Shown: positions 46,872-58,806, counted from the stretch's first letter. The stretch: DNA of 64,000 bases from a virus (IMGVR_UViG_3300029288_000076:64001-128000), one strand, 5' to 3'. Numbers and translations: made by a program. Notes: generated from the letters alone by a model not told the origin.

Positions 46872-49800
46872 GCTGTGTTATATCAACTTTTCTTTCATTC
46901 TTTATATAAATTATATATCTAAAAAGGTGATTTTACTGTTGGCAGTTGCGGTTGAAGATGTTTATTAAAAGTAAGAATTCTGAGCCATAATTTACCAGTA
47001 AATAATATTTGAACTCTTTCGAGCAACGATAATTCCCAACAAGATATAACTTCGCCATCATCTGATTTATAAGCCGGTAAAGGTAAATATTCTGGTTGAT
47101 TTTCTGCAAATGTACAATTTTGTTGTTTAAATATTATTGGTTTCATCTTAACCTCTAGGATTTAATAATGAACTAAAGAATGCTTTAACAGTAAAAGTGC
47201 AATAAGCTTTCAACTCCCCATTACTTATAAACTCACTTACTTTTTCATTACCTTCGAACAAAGAATATTTTGTCCTTCCTTCATAAAATACTCTATCTTC
47301 AAAAAGTCTTTTAACTTTTTTATATGCCTTTCCATATAATTCATTGTTTTGAGAATCACTAAATAGCCCGTAACTCCAAGAAGTACATTGATCTTTTCCA
47401 TTAATATGCCACATACCGTTACAATAACAAACGCATTTTGCGGGAACAATAAATGCTCCTATAATAGATTCTTTTGATAAACTATTTATTTCTGGTGGTT
47501 CATTAATATAAATAGAACCAGTAAGAGTTAGTGTTTCTAAAACATGATTTATTACATCTTCATAAGATATTTTTGCTTTGTTCATCTTTATTCCTTCTAA
47601 ACTTATCTACATTTCCATGCTTAGCTTAACAAATTTTTCCTCCAATAATACCTCTATCACCACATTTTGACCACCTTGCCCAATAACCACATTTTGGATT
47701 AGTACAGCGTTCTACTATATCATCAGTATAAGCTCTATCAGCATCAAACGCCTCATCGATTACAACGCTTCCAATTTTACATTCAGTACATTTTACTCGT
47801 TTCATCTTTATTTAAACCTTTCATAAAACTATGAAACTCTTCTTCAGCCAAAGATTCTTTCATGCTAATTTCATCTAAATAGTTCTTAACATAAGCATAG
47901 AGATTATATACTATCTCAAAATCTATTTTATTACTATAAGCTTCCCATTCGTCTGATAAAATAGAAATAACTGAGTAATCATAAGACAAAAACTCTGTCT
48001 CCATATGAATATTTAATCTAATCTCAATATTATCAATATAACATTTGAAATATTCTATTCCTAAATAACCACTTGTGGGAGTATGAAATTCCCAAACTAA
48101 ACTTTTGCTTTTTGTCTTTTTCATTAAAAGTTTAATTAACTTCTTAAGTTCTTTTTCTTTTATAGTATAGACCTTTTTTGTTTCCATTTTACAACTCCTT
48201 TATTTCTTTATATAACCAATGATCTTTCCATGTATTTTCAGGAAAAGAATATTTTAAACCATAATTGTTGTTTGAACAATGAGGACATGGAATATCTCTA
48301 CCATCTTCATACATATGATTAATTAATATTTTGTAAAACATAAATATATAAGGTTGAATTCCTCCACAGTCACATTTATACATACAATCTAAATTATCTT
48401 TAAGCCATTGTCTGTAAAATCTAAAATAAATTCTTTTCCTTAAATCCCAAGGGAACTTTCTTAATAAAAAAGAAATAGATTTTGGTATTTGCCGTTTGGG
48501 AGGTTTATATTTAGGATCATCTTCCACTTTTCTTTTTCCAATCTTTACAAATAGATTTTTCTCTTGACAACTGCAAGTCAGATTTGTACCAAATATAGAA
48601 GCCAAACCATAGAAACCAAATCATAAATAAATATTTTTCACTTGTATATTTCCAATATACAAAATCATCGTTTATAGAAAAGACAATAGAACTAATTTTT
48701 GATTTAACTTTAAAATTATTTAATTCAACAAATAACTTCATCATTATCTTCCTATAAATAAAACATAATAGAAAACTTGAATTCCAACTCCATAGAACTT
48801 ATTATCCATTCCCAAATAAACTATTGGCCAAAGACAAAAAGCTTCTGGCCATCTTCTTTTTACAAAGTAAATTGTTAATTTTGTAAAACATAAATTGAGT
48901 CTTATTTGCTTAGCTTTTTCCATTATTCCATCCACCAATAAAAGAATTAATTTCCAACCAACCTATATACAATTGATTTTCATGTTTAATGTAAGGCATA
49001 GGAATTTCAGAATCTTGTCCTCCAGTCATAAAAGATATGCTTGCTTTTCTAAGCATATCACCTAACATTGTGCAGTCTTTCATTTCACAAAAGATTCTTA
49101 CTTTTTTATCATCCATTTCTCTTTTTCCTTGATATATTCTTTAGCCATATTGTAAATAGCTTGGTTAAGAGTCTTTGCTTCTACACTAACTTAACAGCAC
49201 AGAATAGATATATTTTTTAAATTAAAACCAACTTTTTCGTCCTTCATTCAACAAGTGATCTATCTTCTCCACCCCTCTCATAAACTCAGTAATGTGCTTT
49301 CTAGATGGGGTAAAATCCCATAATGTCTTTCTAAGAGCTTGTACTTCTTCTGGAGTGAATCTTCTCCTACAAAGTATATCTCCCATTATAGTATCATAGG
49401 CCCATCCCATGATCGGAGTACTCTCTCTTGCATCTACAACAGAAAAGTATGCTTTTTTCAATGTAACTTTAATTTCCTTAATCTGCTCTTTAGAAAAAAC
49501 AATTTTTGACATTTATTATCTCCTACCAATTATCAATCCAACATCCTATCCTGTCAATAATAACAAACCAAATAAGTAAGACAACCTGCAAACATAAACC
49601 AAAAAATAATATATCAGGATTCCAAGTAATAAAGAATTTAATTATTCCAACTAATAAAGATCCAATAGGAATAAACCATATTGCGTTCAAAGCACACATC
49701 CACATAAAAGTATCTTTTAGAAAATCTTTCATTTTTCTATAATCTATCTAAGGCTTTGACGAATAAATTAAACTCTTCAATGCCTAATATTGGATTTTGT

Positions 49801-50165
49801 TCTAATAATTCTAAATGATTTTCTATATAAGAAATTAAATTATTAAGATCTTCATTTCCGTTAGAAGTTCCACGCACAACATAATAATAAGCTGATAATT
49901 CTTCAGTTTCTATTGAAAAAGTATACTTATTAACAAATATTCTAGCTTTATCAATATAACATTCAAACTCGTTATATTGATCACTTTTCTTAAGCCACTC
50001 AATTTTATTTTGTTCTGTTTTTTTAAGTAATTTCTTTATAACTTTTTCAAGTTCTATCAATGTCATTGAACGTAATTTTTTTTTCATTTCAAAATAGTCC
50101 TAAAAATAAAAAAATGTATTATTCTTTTAGAATGTTATATATACTTCCAATGAGTTTTATACCTC

Positions 50166-50200
50166 ATACTATATTATATTTTAAAAATTATGTTTTAGAA
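50166..50200 (-). promoter_or_regulatory. Phage promoter motif copy
   Basis: TTCTAAAACATAA-TTTTTAAAA-TATAAT-ATAGTAT. Confidence 0.7.
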
Positions 50201-50971
50201 GTTAGTTTCTTATATGATAAGCATTGTCTAATTGGAGCAATAACACCAATTATCGCACAACGATTATAATGCATATTATTATACATACAAAAGCTTTTAT
50301 TTAATACTTCACATTTTTCACAAATTCCAAGAGACTTTAAATTCCAAGCTTTTTTCTTTTCCATAATAATACTCATTTCTTATCTCCAAAGTCTATTCCT
50401 ATTGCTTGACTATGATTATATAAAAGCTCAATCTTATTTTTACTCACCTTACCAAATTCTATATGGGCCAATGTATGAACACTTTCATAATATAATTTCT
50501 CTCCTGCTCCCATTCCATAACTATTACACTGTTCACAAAACTCATACCACATACCAGTTTTTGGATTCTTCTTAAAGCATCTATAAAAATCATAACCAAT
50601 AAAATCCATATCTTTCTTTAATTCGTTTATGCAAAACAAGCAAAGATATTTTGGATACTTCTTTTCGTTTTTAATTAAGCATACAAAAAATGGAGCGAGG
50701 TAAAGCTCAAATTTCCATTCTCTATTTTGCTTTCTTATTTTAAACAATGGCCAGCCAAATCCAGAGTAGAAGATTTTTAATATCCAATATTTTGTTTCAA
50801 TTTTCATTTCTTAATCTTTCCACAGAAAAATAATAGATTATTATTAACATACATTTGTAACTCTTCAGTGCTTCTATTTCTTCCAATAGGTTTTATACAA
50901 TCTAAATGTAATTGTATTAACTTATTTCTTTGCTCTATGCTCATTCTTATCTCTTTCATATTATATCTTGC

Positions 50972-51139
50972 TCAACCTTCTCTTTCAAAAGATTCACACC
51001 AATTATTATTTTTTACAAAATACCAAGGACCAATAGACAAAGCAGGAGCTCTTTCTGTAATGCCACAGCATAATGTCCCATCAATAAATATCTTATGAAA
51101 ACAAGTTATACAGCAATCTGGGAGATTTATTTCTATCAT
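50972..51139 (-). CDS. PDCC-family Cys-rich small protein (not in ORF track)
   Basis: MIEINLPDCCITCFH...CCG...WCESFERE; paralog of 54732, 58133, 60087. Confidence 0.6.
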   Translation of the reverse strand: MIEINLPDCCITCFHKIFIDGTLCCGITERAPALSIGPWYFVKNNNWCESFEREG

Positions 51140-51159
51140 ACTATATTATATTTTAAAAA
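51138..51159 (-). promoter_or_regulatory. Phage promoter motif copy abutting an ATG
   Basis: TTTTTAAAATATAATATAGTATG. Confidence 0.65.
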
Positions 51160-52535
51160 ATCATTGCTACTCATTTTCTGCTCCTTCTTTTTAACTAGCA
51201 ACTATCTTTCCTTCATTAGGAAAATCAATTAAATGTTTACAATCAATACAAATATAAGATTTTGTCTCAATAGTTCCTAATGGAGTATGTAAAAGAAAAT
51301 TTTTATAATCATTCCAGAATCCACAATTTGGACAAATAACATGACATTGAGTAGCATATTTAATTCTTTCAATCATTTATTACTCCAACACCTTTTCAAT
51401 ATTCCATATATGAAATGTATAAAAACAATCAATAACTCCACTTCCGAAGATCTTTTTTTCCAAAAAACAATTCAAGTGGTTCCCCACTGCTAACGAGAAA
51501 TCCTTCTTTAGTTAAGTATAGATATTCTGTATCATAATGACCAACAGATCCAAGATAAATACCATTAGGTACATCGCGTTTCTCAAATAACTCGATAGGT
51601 GTAAAGTATATATAAACATATTTAACATTAAAAGAACTTTTACTTACCCACAAATACATTTCATCTTTGTTGATTACTATTTGGCGTTCTAGTCGCTCTT
51701 TTTCTACATAAAAACAAAATATTACACTAATAAGTAAGAATAAAGTTAACACAATAATTCTCGCTCTCTCCATCTTATTCATTTTCTACTCCTTTATTCA
51801 CAATAATGTCTAACTTCTAAAACAGGTATATTATATTCACTATATTTTAATCACGGAAGCATTATTAAAGTCCCATCACTGAAACTATCACCATATTTAG
51901 AAATAAAATATATCAAATCTTCTAACGCTGTGATTTCGATTGTCCAAACTTCCTCTTCTATATCTCTGTATGACCAATCACCTTCTTCTCTATGATTAAA
52001 GCCAGTGGACATAAACTTATCCTTCCTACCGTTTTCTTTCATATGCTTAAAAGTTTCTCTCCACCGTTCATGACGTATAACTGTCTCCAAAATAGCATCG
52101 CGACATTGCGGAATGTCATTTGAATACTGATTAATTATAAACTTCATTTTCTACTCCCCATTTCTTATGTCTCATCTCTTTACTGTTAAAATAATTAATA
52201 AGCAAATCCATATATAGGTTAGAATACAATCAATATCAGATATAGAATGGGATTTTGCTAATACTTTAAACACAAGATATAATATAGATATAACAACTAT
52301 TCTCCATTCTGAAAGTACTTCTTTAATCATTCCTTATCTCCATAAATAACATCAAAGAGTTTATTAGCTAATTCTTGCTCTGCTCTGCTTTCTGCTACAA
52401 TATCTGATACGTCAACTATATTTGGAGTAACTTTTAAAACACCTTTTATTTGCTCAATAGCTTTAGTTGTCTTCTTAGCGTCATCTGATCTAATATCTTG
52501 TTCTAAAACAACTATAAAACTGTTATATCTATCTG

Positions 52536-52819
52536 TCATTTCTTATGCCTCACTAATTCAACTAACTTTTTAAAAAAGTAATTTTCCGCTTTAGGTCTAA
52601 TATATAAAACACTCCATTCAGCATGGCAATCTTGACATTCAATATGCTTTTCTATACCATGTTTTTTTAATTCTGGATGTCTATCGTGTTCTGGTGTTTT
52701 GCCTGTTAAAATAACATAGCCTAAGCACCAAGGACATATGCTATCATTAGGATAATTAAGCATTCTTTTTGTCATTTCTCACTCCTCATTTCTTATGCCT
52801 TACTAATTCAACTAACTTT
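52536..52819. repeat. 34-bp direct repeat (52536-52569 and 52786-52819) forming identical C-termini KLVELVRHKK of two adjacent genes
   Basis: TCATTTCTTATGCCT(C/T)ACTAATTCAACTAACTTT, 1 mismatch. Confidence 0.9.
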
Positions 52820-53574
52820 CTTTTCAATTCCTCTTGGTCAAGCTCTCTATTTGTAGACCTAACTGCTTCTAGCATCAACTTATTAAACTCGTAATCAAAT
52901 CCATCGTGTCGCGTTTCAGTTATTTCAGTTGGATGCTCTCCTGTCAGCAAACTAATCTGCTTATCTACTTCTGCTAAAGTCTTTACTGCTTCACCCATAC
53001 TATTAAAGCCAAGATTCTGTGTCCATTTAGGTTCTTTAATATCAAGAAACTTTTGGATATCAGGAAACTTAGCATTAAAAATATAAGTCAAAACTAAAGT
53101 CCTAATAGCATGATAATCTGCTAATTTCTGAGCATCATCTACTATAAGTTCTTTGAAATAACCACGATCAAGTATCTTTTGCTGCTTCTTTAATTTTATA
53201 TTCTGTTTATCTATTACTGATCCAAGTTCAATTTGAGTGTCTATGTTTTTTAACAAAGCTAATTCTATAGCATCAATATCATCTAATATAGTTACTGCTC
53301 CTGTGATATCTGTAAATATCTTTTTTCTGCCAGCCGGAGTTAAACTGGCATAGTTTTCAACATCCTTCTGAGCTTTTTGAAGTATAAAATCAAGTCGCTT
53401 GTAGTTGTGCCAAATACAATTACACTGAAACTTTTCATCTGACCATTTAATCAAGCTAACTACACTAGGAAGTTCTTTATATTTTCGCTTTACTTCTGAA
53501 AATACATTTTTACATTCTCTATAAGCTAAGTAAGCTTTTTTATGATCAGCTACTGTAAATTCCGATTTTCTCAT
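52786..53574 (-). CDS. Hypothetical protein, possible terminase small subunit
   Basis: N-terminal HTH-like segment (KAYLAY...PSVVSLIKW), helical core, LLTGEHPTEITE tail. Confidence 0.3.
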   Translation of the reverse strand: MRKSEFTVADHKKAYLAYRECKNVFSEVKRKYKELPSVVSLIKWSDEKFQCNCIWHNYKRLDFILQKAQKDVENYASLTPAGRKKIFTDITGAVTILDDIDAIELALLKNIDTQIELGSVIDKQNIKLKKQQKILDRGYFKELIVDDAQKLADYHAIRTLVLTYIFNAKFPDIQKFLDIKEPKWTQNLGFNSMGEAVKTLAEVDKQISLLTGEHPTEITETRHDGFDYEFNKLMLEAVRSTNRELDQEELKRKLVELVRHKK

Positions 53575-54982
53575 GTTATCCTATATTTAAATTTTAATAG
53601 TTTAAATTTTAAAGATAATAGTTATATATAAGTTAATTAATTATAATATAAACAATTCTTAAAATAGAGGCAATTACTAATAAGATAGAAAAACTAAGCA
53701 CTAAAAGTTTTAAGCATGTCTTTATACCTATTTCTTGTAATATACAAACAACTACAAATAGTAAAAATAAACCTAAAATTGTAAAAGCTGATATATTATA
53801 AAATGTTTCCACTTCTATCTCATTATATTAAATTTAAACTAATTTAAAGTATTATATAAGTTAATTTATTTATTTTAATTATCTTGTTTCCTTTCATATA
53901 AATTACACACTAACCAATTATCTTTAAAATGCTTTGGTAGAATTACTTTTTCATTACAAATAAATGGGTTATCATGTCGCATAGGATATCTACAAAATGT
54001 TATGACACTTCCATATACACAATTAAAACAACAATCTACGTGTTTTGCTGGTCTAAGATTAATATCTTTTGGACCTATTTTAACTATAATATTAAAAGCA
54101 TCGCCCATTTTAAGATAAGCAGATGAATATTTACTAGATAATTTATAGGCTTCTTTATTTATGATCCTAGAACCGCTTTTATTCCAAGTTAAGTTCCAAT
54201 GAGTTTCACGTTCTCCTCTAAAAATCATCATCGTGTTCTCAATTTCCTTTCTTATAGTCCTATAATCCTCTATAGTATATTTTTTATCAAGCTTTTTAAC
54301 TCTTTCAATCAGAGAATTAACTTCTTCAATATATTTACTATCTTGTGGAAGATTTTCTATAACAACTACAAGAGCATTAATTACTTCTTCGTACATTTTT
54401 CTTTCCTTCAAATAAACTTACATTATCTAATAGAATAATCTTGGAACATCAATACTATTATTACCTATTCGCAACTCTTTAGTAGAAATCTTTTTGCAGT
54501 ACTCTTTTATAGATTCTTCTATTGTATTTCCATTACCATAAACACCAACCAAAAAACCTTTATTATCTGGAACCCAAGAATTTTCAAATGTAGCAAAAAA
54601 CCTTGCTGGATCAGAAATAGGTAAATTTCTCTCCTCCACAATTAATTTTAAGTTATGTTGCTTTTCAAAATCTAAAATGTTTACATTTGGGATCATTATA
54701 ACTTCCATTTTATAATATCTCTTTCAAAAGTTTAAGAGTTAACAATATCTTGCTTCCTTTCATATAAATCACAAATATAGTAATAATAAGTCCAATTAGT
54801 CTTTTCATTATTAGAACAACTTAAGTCTACTTTCCAAGATTCCACATCTAGTCTATTCATCATACTACAAAAACCTTCTCCCTCAGCATAGTAGTATTTA
54901 TTAAAATACAAACAATTTGAACAGCAATCTGGTAAAGATACTTTTCTAAAGTTGTGCTCTATATTAAACTCTCTCCTTAGTA

Positions 54983-55453
54983 TCATCCTCTTCCTCCATA
55001 TAAACTTCTTTCTATCCATTCCCTACTAAGCCTATGAATTATTTGATTAAATTTATTCCTTTTATACCATTCAAGTACTGGCAAACCCCCTTTTATAGAT
55101 TTTCCCGCCCCTATCCAATCACATAACATTTCTTTAGTATAATCTCCATACATATAAATAGCTTCATATCCACCATCATCAAAATGTAAAATCCAGTATT
55201 GCCAGTGATGGGGATTTCTATGAATATGTTTTAACCAAGCTTTATTAAAAGCCTTTAAAAGAGAAAGTTTATCATACTCATCAAGTTTTGAATAATCACT
55301 ATAAAAATACTTTGCATAAGAAATAAATTCATCTGGCAAAAATTTACTTAGATCATGAGTTATTCCACGCCATAGTATTCCTTCTTTACGACATTCTATA
55401 AAGACATAATATTTATGTCTTAAAACATACCAAAAATATTTTAAATATATCAT
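54983..55453 (-). CDS. HD-like domain protein (DUF5662-type)
   Basis: HK..V...HDLSKF.P.EF..Y...AWLKHIHRNPHHWQYW...EMLCDWIGA. Confidence 0.75.
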   Translation of the reverse strand: MIYLKYFWYVLRHKYYVFIECRKEGILWRGITHDLSKFLPDEFISYAKYFYSDYSKLDEYDKLSLLKAFNKAWLKHIHRNPHHWQYWILHFDDGGYEAIYMYGDYTKEMLCDWIGAGKSIKGGLPVLEWYKRNKFNQIIHRLSREWIERSLYGGRG

Positions 55454-55464
55454 TTTGTTTATCT

Positions 55465-56147
55465 TTAAAGAAATTTACTAAATTCCGCTATAAACATCTC
55501 ATTAATATTTTTCTGTTCGTCTATAAAAACAATAGTATAAAGCTCAAACAACTTATTGTTTTTACCTTTTTTCCAAATGTGAGTTTCTTCTTGACCATGT
55601 TTAATAGTCAATTTATAATAATCACTACCAAAAACATTTAATCCAGATAAACTATCTATTGGAGTTCCCAATGTAAATTCAACTCTACCTCCTAATACTG
55701 CTTTTGCTAAAAACTTATTATTAATATACCAGATCAACTTTTTAGTTTTTGTCAATTTAATAACAATATCTAATAACTTTTCTTCACTATTCATTTCACT
55801 TTCCTTTAAAGAAACTTACTAAATTCTTCTATAAGCTTTTCTTCTCCAACTTTATATTCTATATTATTAAAAATTATAGAATAGAGCTCAAACAATTTAC
55901 TATTCTTTGTATTGGTATCAAAGAAAATAGTTTTTATAACTAGTCCACATTGTTTAATTACTAAATTATAATAATCACTGGTATTAATGCCTCTTGAATA
56001 AAAAATTGTAAATTCATATCTGTTATCTAATATTGAGTGAGCTATAGCTGTATATTTGTTATCCATATACCAGATCAACTTTTTAGTTTTTGTCAATTTA
56101 ATAATGATGTCAATAACGACGTCTAATAATCTTTCTTCACTGTTCAT
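55465..56147 (-). repeat. Tandem paralog pair (55465-55794 and 55806-56147)
   Basis: Both start MNSEE(K/R)LLD, share IKLTKTKKLIWY, SDYY.L.IK, KLFELY and end EFSKFL. Confidence 0.9.
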
Positions 56148-56359
56148 TTTATTTGACTCCTCCCTGTATTTTCTTTGACCAATCTAATTGTAATAGTTTC
56201 AAAATAATGATTTTTCTTGTCATCAACTTTTATTTCAAATACTCTTTTGCAAAGATCTTCTATAGATTCATTTTCTATATAATCATAAGCAACTAACAAA
56301 TCTCTAGAATGATCTCCTCTATATTCAGATGTTTCTTTTATAATTGAAAGTTTCATTTT

Positions 56360-56785
56360 CTATTCCTCATACGCATCATCTTTATTATTCCAAGGCTTAA
56401 AGTTTTCTATTTCTTCAATACTAGGAAATGAACCGGTAAAGCAAATAACACGATCATCAATGGTAACATGTGCTGGCGGTTTATAATCTGGAAATGTTAT
56501 TTCATTTACAAATTCTATTTCAAGACCATTTTCAATTAGATAACGCTCCATTGCTAATTTACCACACCACGGCTGATATTTTCTGTCTATTTCTCTTCCA
56601 CCATTTTTTGTTGGAACATTTCTACTTGAATGAATATAAACTTGAAACTTATCACACCCAATAAGATTTCTTAAAAAGTCAATTGCTCCAGGAACTGGAG
56701 GATCAGGAATTTTATCAAAATCAATCCAGCGCTGCTTATACGAATGTATAACACCATCAAAATCAATAACTACTATTGGTTTCAT
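56360..56785 (-). CDS. HAD-superfamily phosphatase / nucleotidase
   Basis: VVIDFDGVIH (DxD), PVPGA, IHSSR, KPPAHVTIDDR. Confidence 0.85.
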   Translation of the reverse strand: MKPIVVIDFDGVIHSYKQRWIDFDKIPDPPVPGAIDFLRNLIGCDKFQVYIHSSRNVPTKNGGREIDRKYQPWCGKLAMERYLIENGLEIEFVNEITFPDYKPPAHVTIDDRVICFTGSFPSIEEIENFKPWNNKDDAYEE

Positions 56786-57273
56786 TCTTTAACCTCATTT
56801 TTAGTTTCAAAATGATGACAAAAATCATCCTCGTATTTTTGCATCTTTATTCTTTCATAATGACAACTACCATAACGCCTACCATAATGAGAATCTCTAT
56901 AATCATCATGAGTCCAATAAATACAATCGCTACATTTTCTAGATGTTTCCATATTTTATTAACCTCATTTCAAGTTCTTTAATTCTTTCTTCTGCTTCTC
57001 TTAAAGGATGTTTTGGACAAATCTTTATATGCTCATATAACACTTTTCTTCTCGAAGTTTGTGTTCCTGGAGGATAAGCATGACCACAATAGACACAAGT
57101 AATTATTGTGCCTTCTTGAAGATTATCAATCCATTTTTCAAGATCTAATATTTTTTGTTTTAAACTATTGATATAATCTACAATATCATTAGTAGTTATG
57201 CCACTTTCATAACCATCTTCTATTTGCAAAGTAGAATGGTTTAAAACAATTCCAAATTCATCGATACGCTGTT

Positions 57274-57726
57274 TCATTTTAATGCCTCTAATTCTTTATC
57301 TAAATCTCTTAACTCTGCTTCTGCTTCATTAAACTCTTCAGGATATCTAACTCTCAATTTTGCTATATTCTTTTTCATTACTTCTTCAAAACTAATATCA
57401 AGAACATCACAAATAATTGCTATATACCATAATAGATCCCCAACTTCTTCAACTAAATTTATATTATTTAAAGACTTATTATAAAATATATATTTTTTTA
57501 TAGCGTCAACAAGTTCTCCAGATTCAGTAGAGATGCCAAGAATAGCATGCATAAGCCTCTTATTAATATCTTTAGGTATATCATATGGACTTTCTGTTCT
57601 TTTTACTAAGTCAATATACCATTTACCAAATTTATTCTCATATTCAATAGGATTTTTAATAGTAAGTTCTTCTGGTAAATTTCCTGCTGAAATATTTTTA
57701 AATTTGTTGCTATAGTCTCTTTTCAT
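57274..57726 (-). CDS. MazG-like nucleoside triphosphate pyrophosphohydrolase
   Basis: HAILGISTESGELVDAIKK...EEVGDLLWY...NIAKLRVRYP. Confidence 0.9.
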   Translation of the reverse strand: MKRDYSNKFKNISAGNLPEELTIKNPIEYENKFGKWYIDLVKRTESPYDIPKDINKRLMHAILGISTESGELVDAIKKYIFYNKSLNNINLVEEVGDLLWYIAIICDVLDISFEEVMKKNIAKLRVRYPEEFNEAEAELRDLDKELEALK

Positions 57727-58133
57727 TTCTTTTCCTCAATTTTTTCAACCACTTCTTTCTTTTCTTCTTTACTACTACTGTTTATTCTTGTCTTTATTTC
57801 TTCTTTTGTAGCTTCTTCTAAACATTTTCCAAGCGCATCTATACATGATGTATTATTCTTATCTTCTTTATCAAATGTAGGTGAAAGACATTGAATACCC
57901 TTTAGATCTTTGGCAATCTCAATTAATTCTGCTTCATGTTGCAAAGCTGTAGAAATCATTTTGCCAATAGCTTCGCCCATTGTACTTGGACAAGTACCAG
58001 CCTTTCCAAGTCTCATCATTACTTCTACTGGCTTCCCCTCAGAGTAATTAATTGTTATATATGCATTCCCACAACCTGTTTTTGTTTTTCTAGTAATACC
58101 AAATAGAACTTTATCTCTCTCTTTTTTAGCCAT
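57723..58133 (-). CDS. TSCPD-domain protein (class II RNR NrdJ C-terminal-like)
   Basis: GITRKTKTGCGNAYITIN...GKAGTC...EAIGKMISTALQ...LKGIQC...TSCIDALGKCL. Confidence 0.85.
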   Translation of the reverse strand: MAKKERDKVLFGITRKTKTGCGNAYITINYSEGKPVEVMMRLGKAGTCPSTMGEAIGKMISTALQHEAELIEIAKDLKGIQCLSPTFDKEDKNNTSCIDALGKCLEEATKEEIKTRINSSSKEEKKEVVEKIEEKK

Positions 58134-58428
58134 TATTTATCAGTTTGAACCTCCTCATAAATACTTCTTTCAAAATTATCACATAGAGTATATACTTGAA
58201 TATACATTCCTTCGTGCTCATCTACAACGCTCATAAAGTTTGTTTCTTCTTCATCCTCATTCTCTTCATCTAAAAGTTTTGCTTCTTTAAGCTCTTCATC
58301 AATAAATTTGCATCTCCAATCATCTTCTAAACAACAACCAAATTCCATATGCTTGCAGACGTAGCAACAATCAGGAAAAGCATTTAAATCAATTTCTCTA
58401 AAATTAGCATTTTTCATTCTTTTCATCT

Positions 58429-58806
58429 TTAATCACCATCATAAATTATTATTATTGGATGAAAATCTTCAGGCATAGGTGGTACTCCATCAAAATGAGT
58501 ATATATTTTTTCTTTTTGTTTCCATTCATAATAAAAAGTATTTATTTCTCTTATTCTATCATGCATAGTTGCTAAAAGAGGTTTTATATAATATTGGTCA
58601 GGAGTTAAAGAAGAATTCAAATCATTACTCAATGAAATTAGATCTGATTCTTTAATAACATATACTAATTCTTCATCTACTTTTTCCAATGTACATGGCA
58701 TTGACTTTATCCAAGCCATTTTTGCTGCATAATTATTATCATAATAATTTCTGCATGAGCATAGCATTAAAACAGTAAAAACTAAAATAGTAATTCTTTT
58801 AAACAT
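58429..58806 (-). CDS. Putative lipoprotein
   Basis: MFKR + hydrophobic stretch + LCSC lipobox. Confidence 0.55.
   Translation of the reverse strand: MFKRITILVFTVLMLCSCRNYYDNNYAAKMAWIKSMPCTLEKVDEELVYVIKESDLISLSNDLNSSLTPDQYYIKPLLATMHDRIREINTFYYEWKQKEKIYTHFDGVPPMPEDFHPIIIIYDGD

Noticed and set aside
34302-55794. Diversity-generating retroelement (TR/VR) explanation for the short near-identical repeats
   Set aside because: Repeats are under ~50 bp with few mismatches and no clear adenine-specific pattern, and no reverse transcriptase was recognised in the window.
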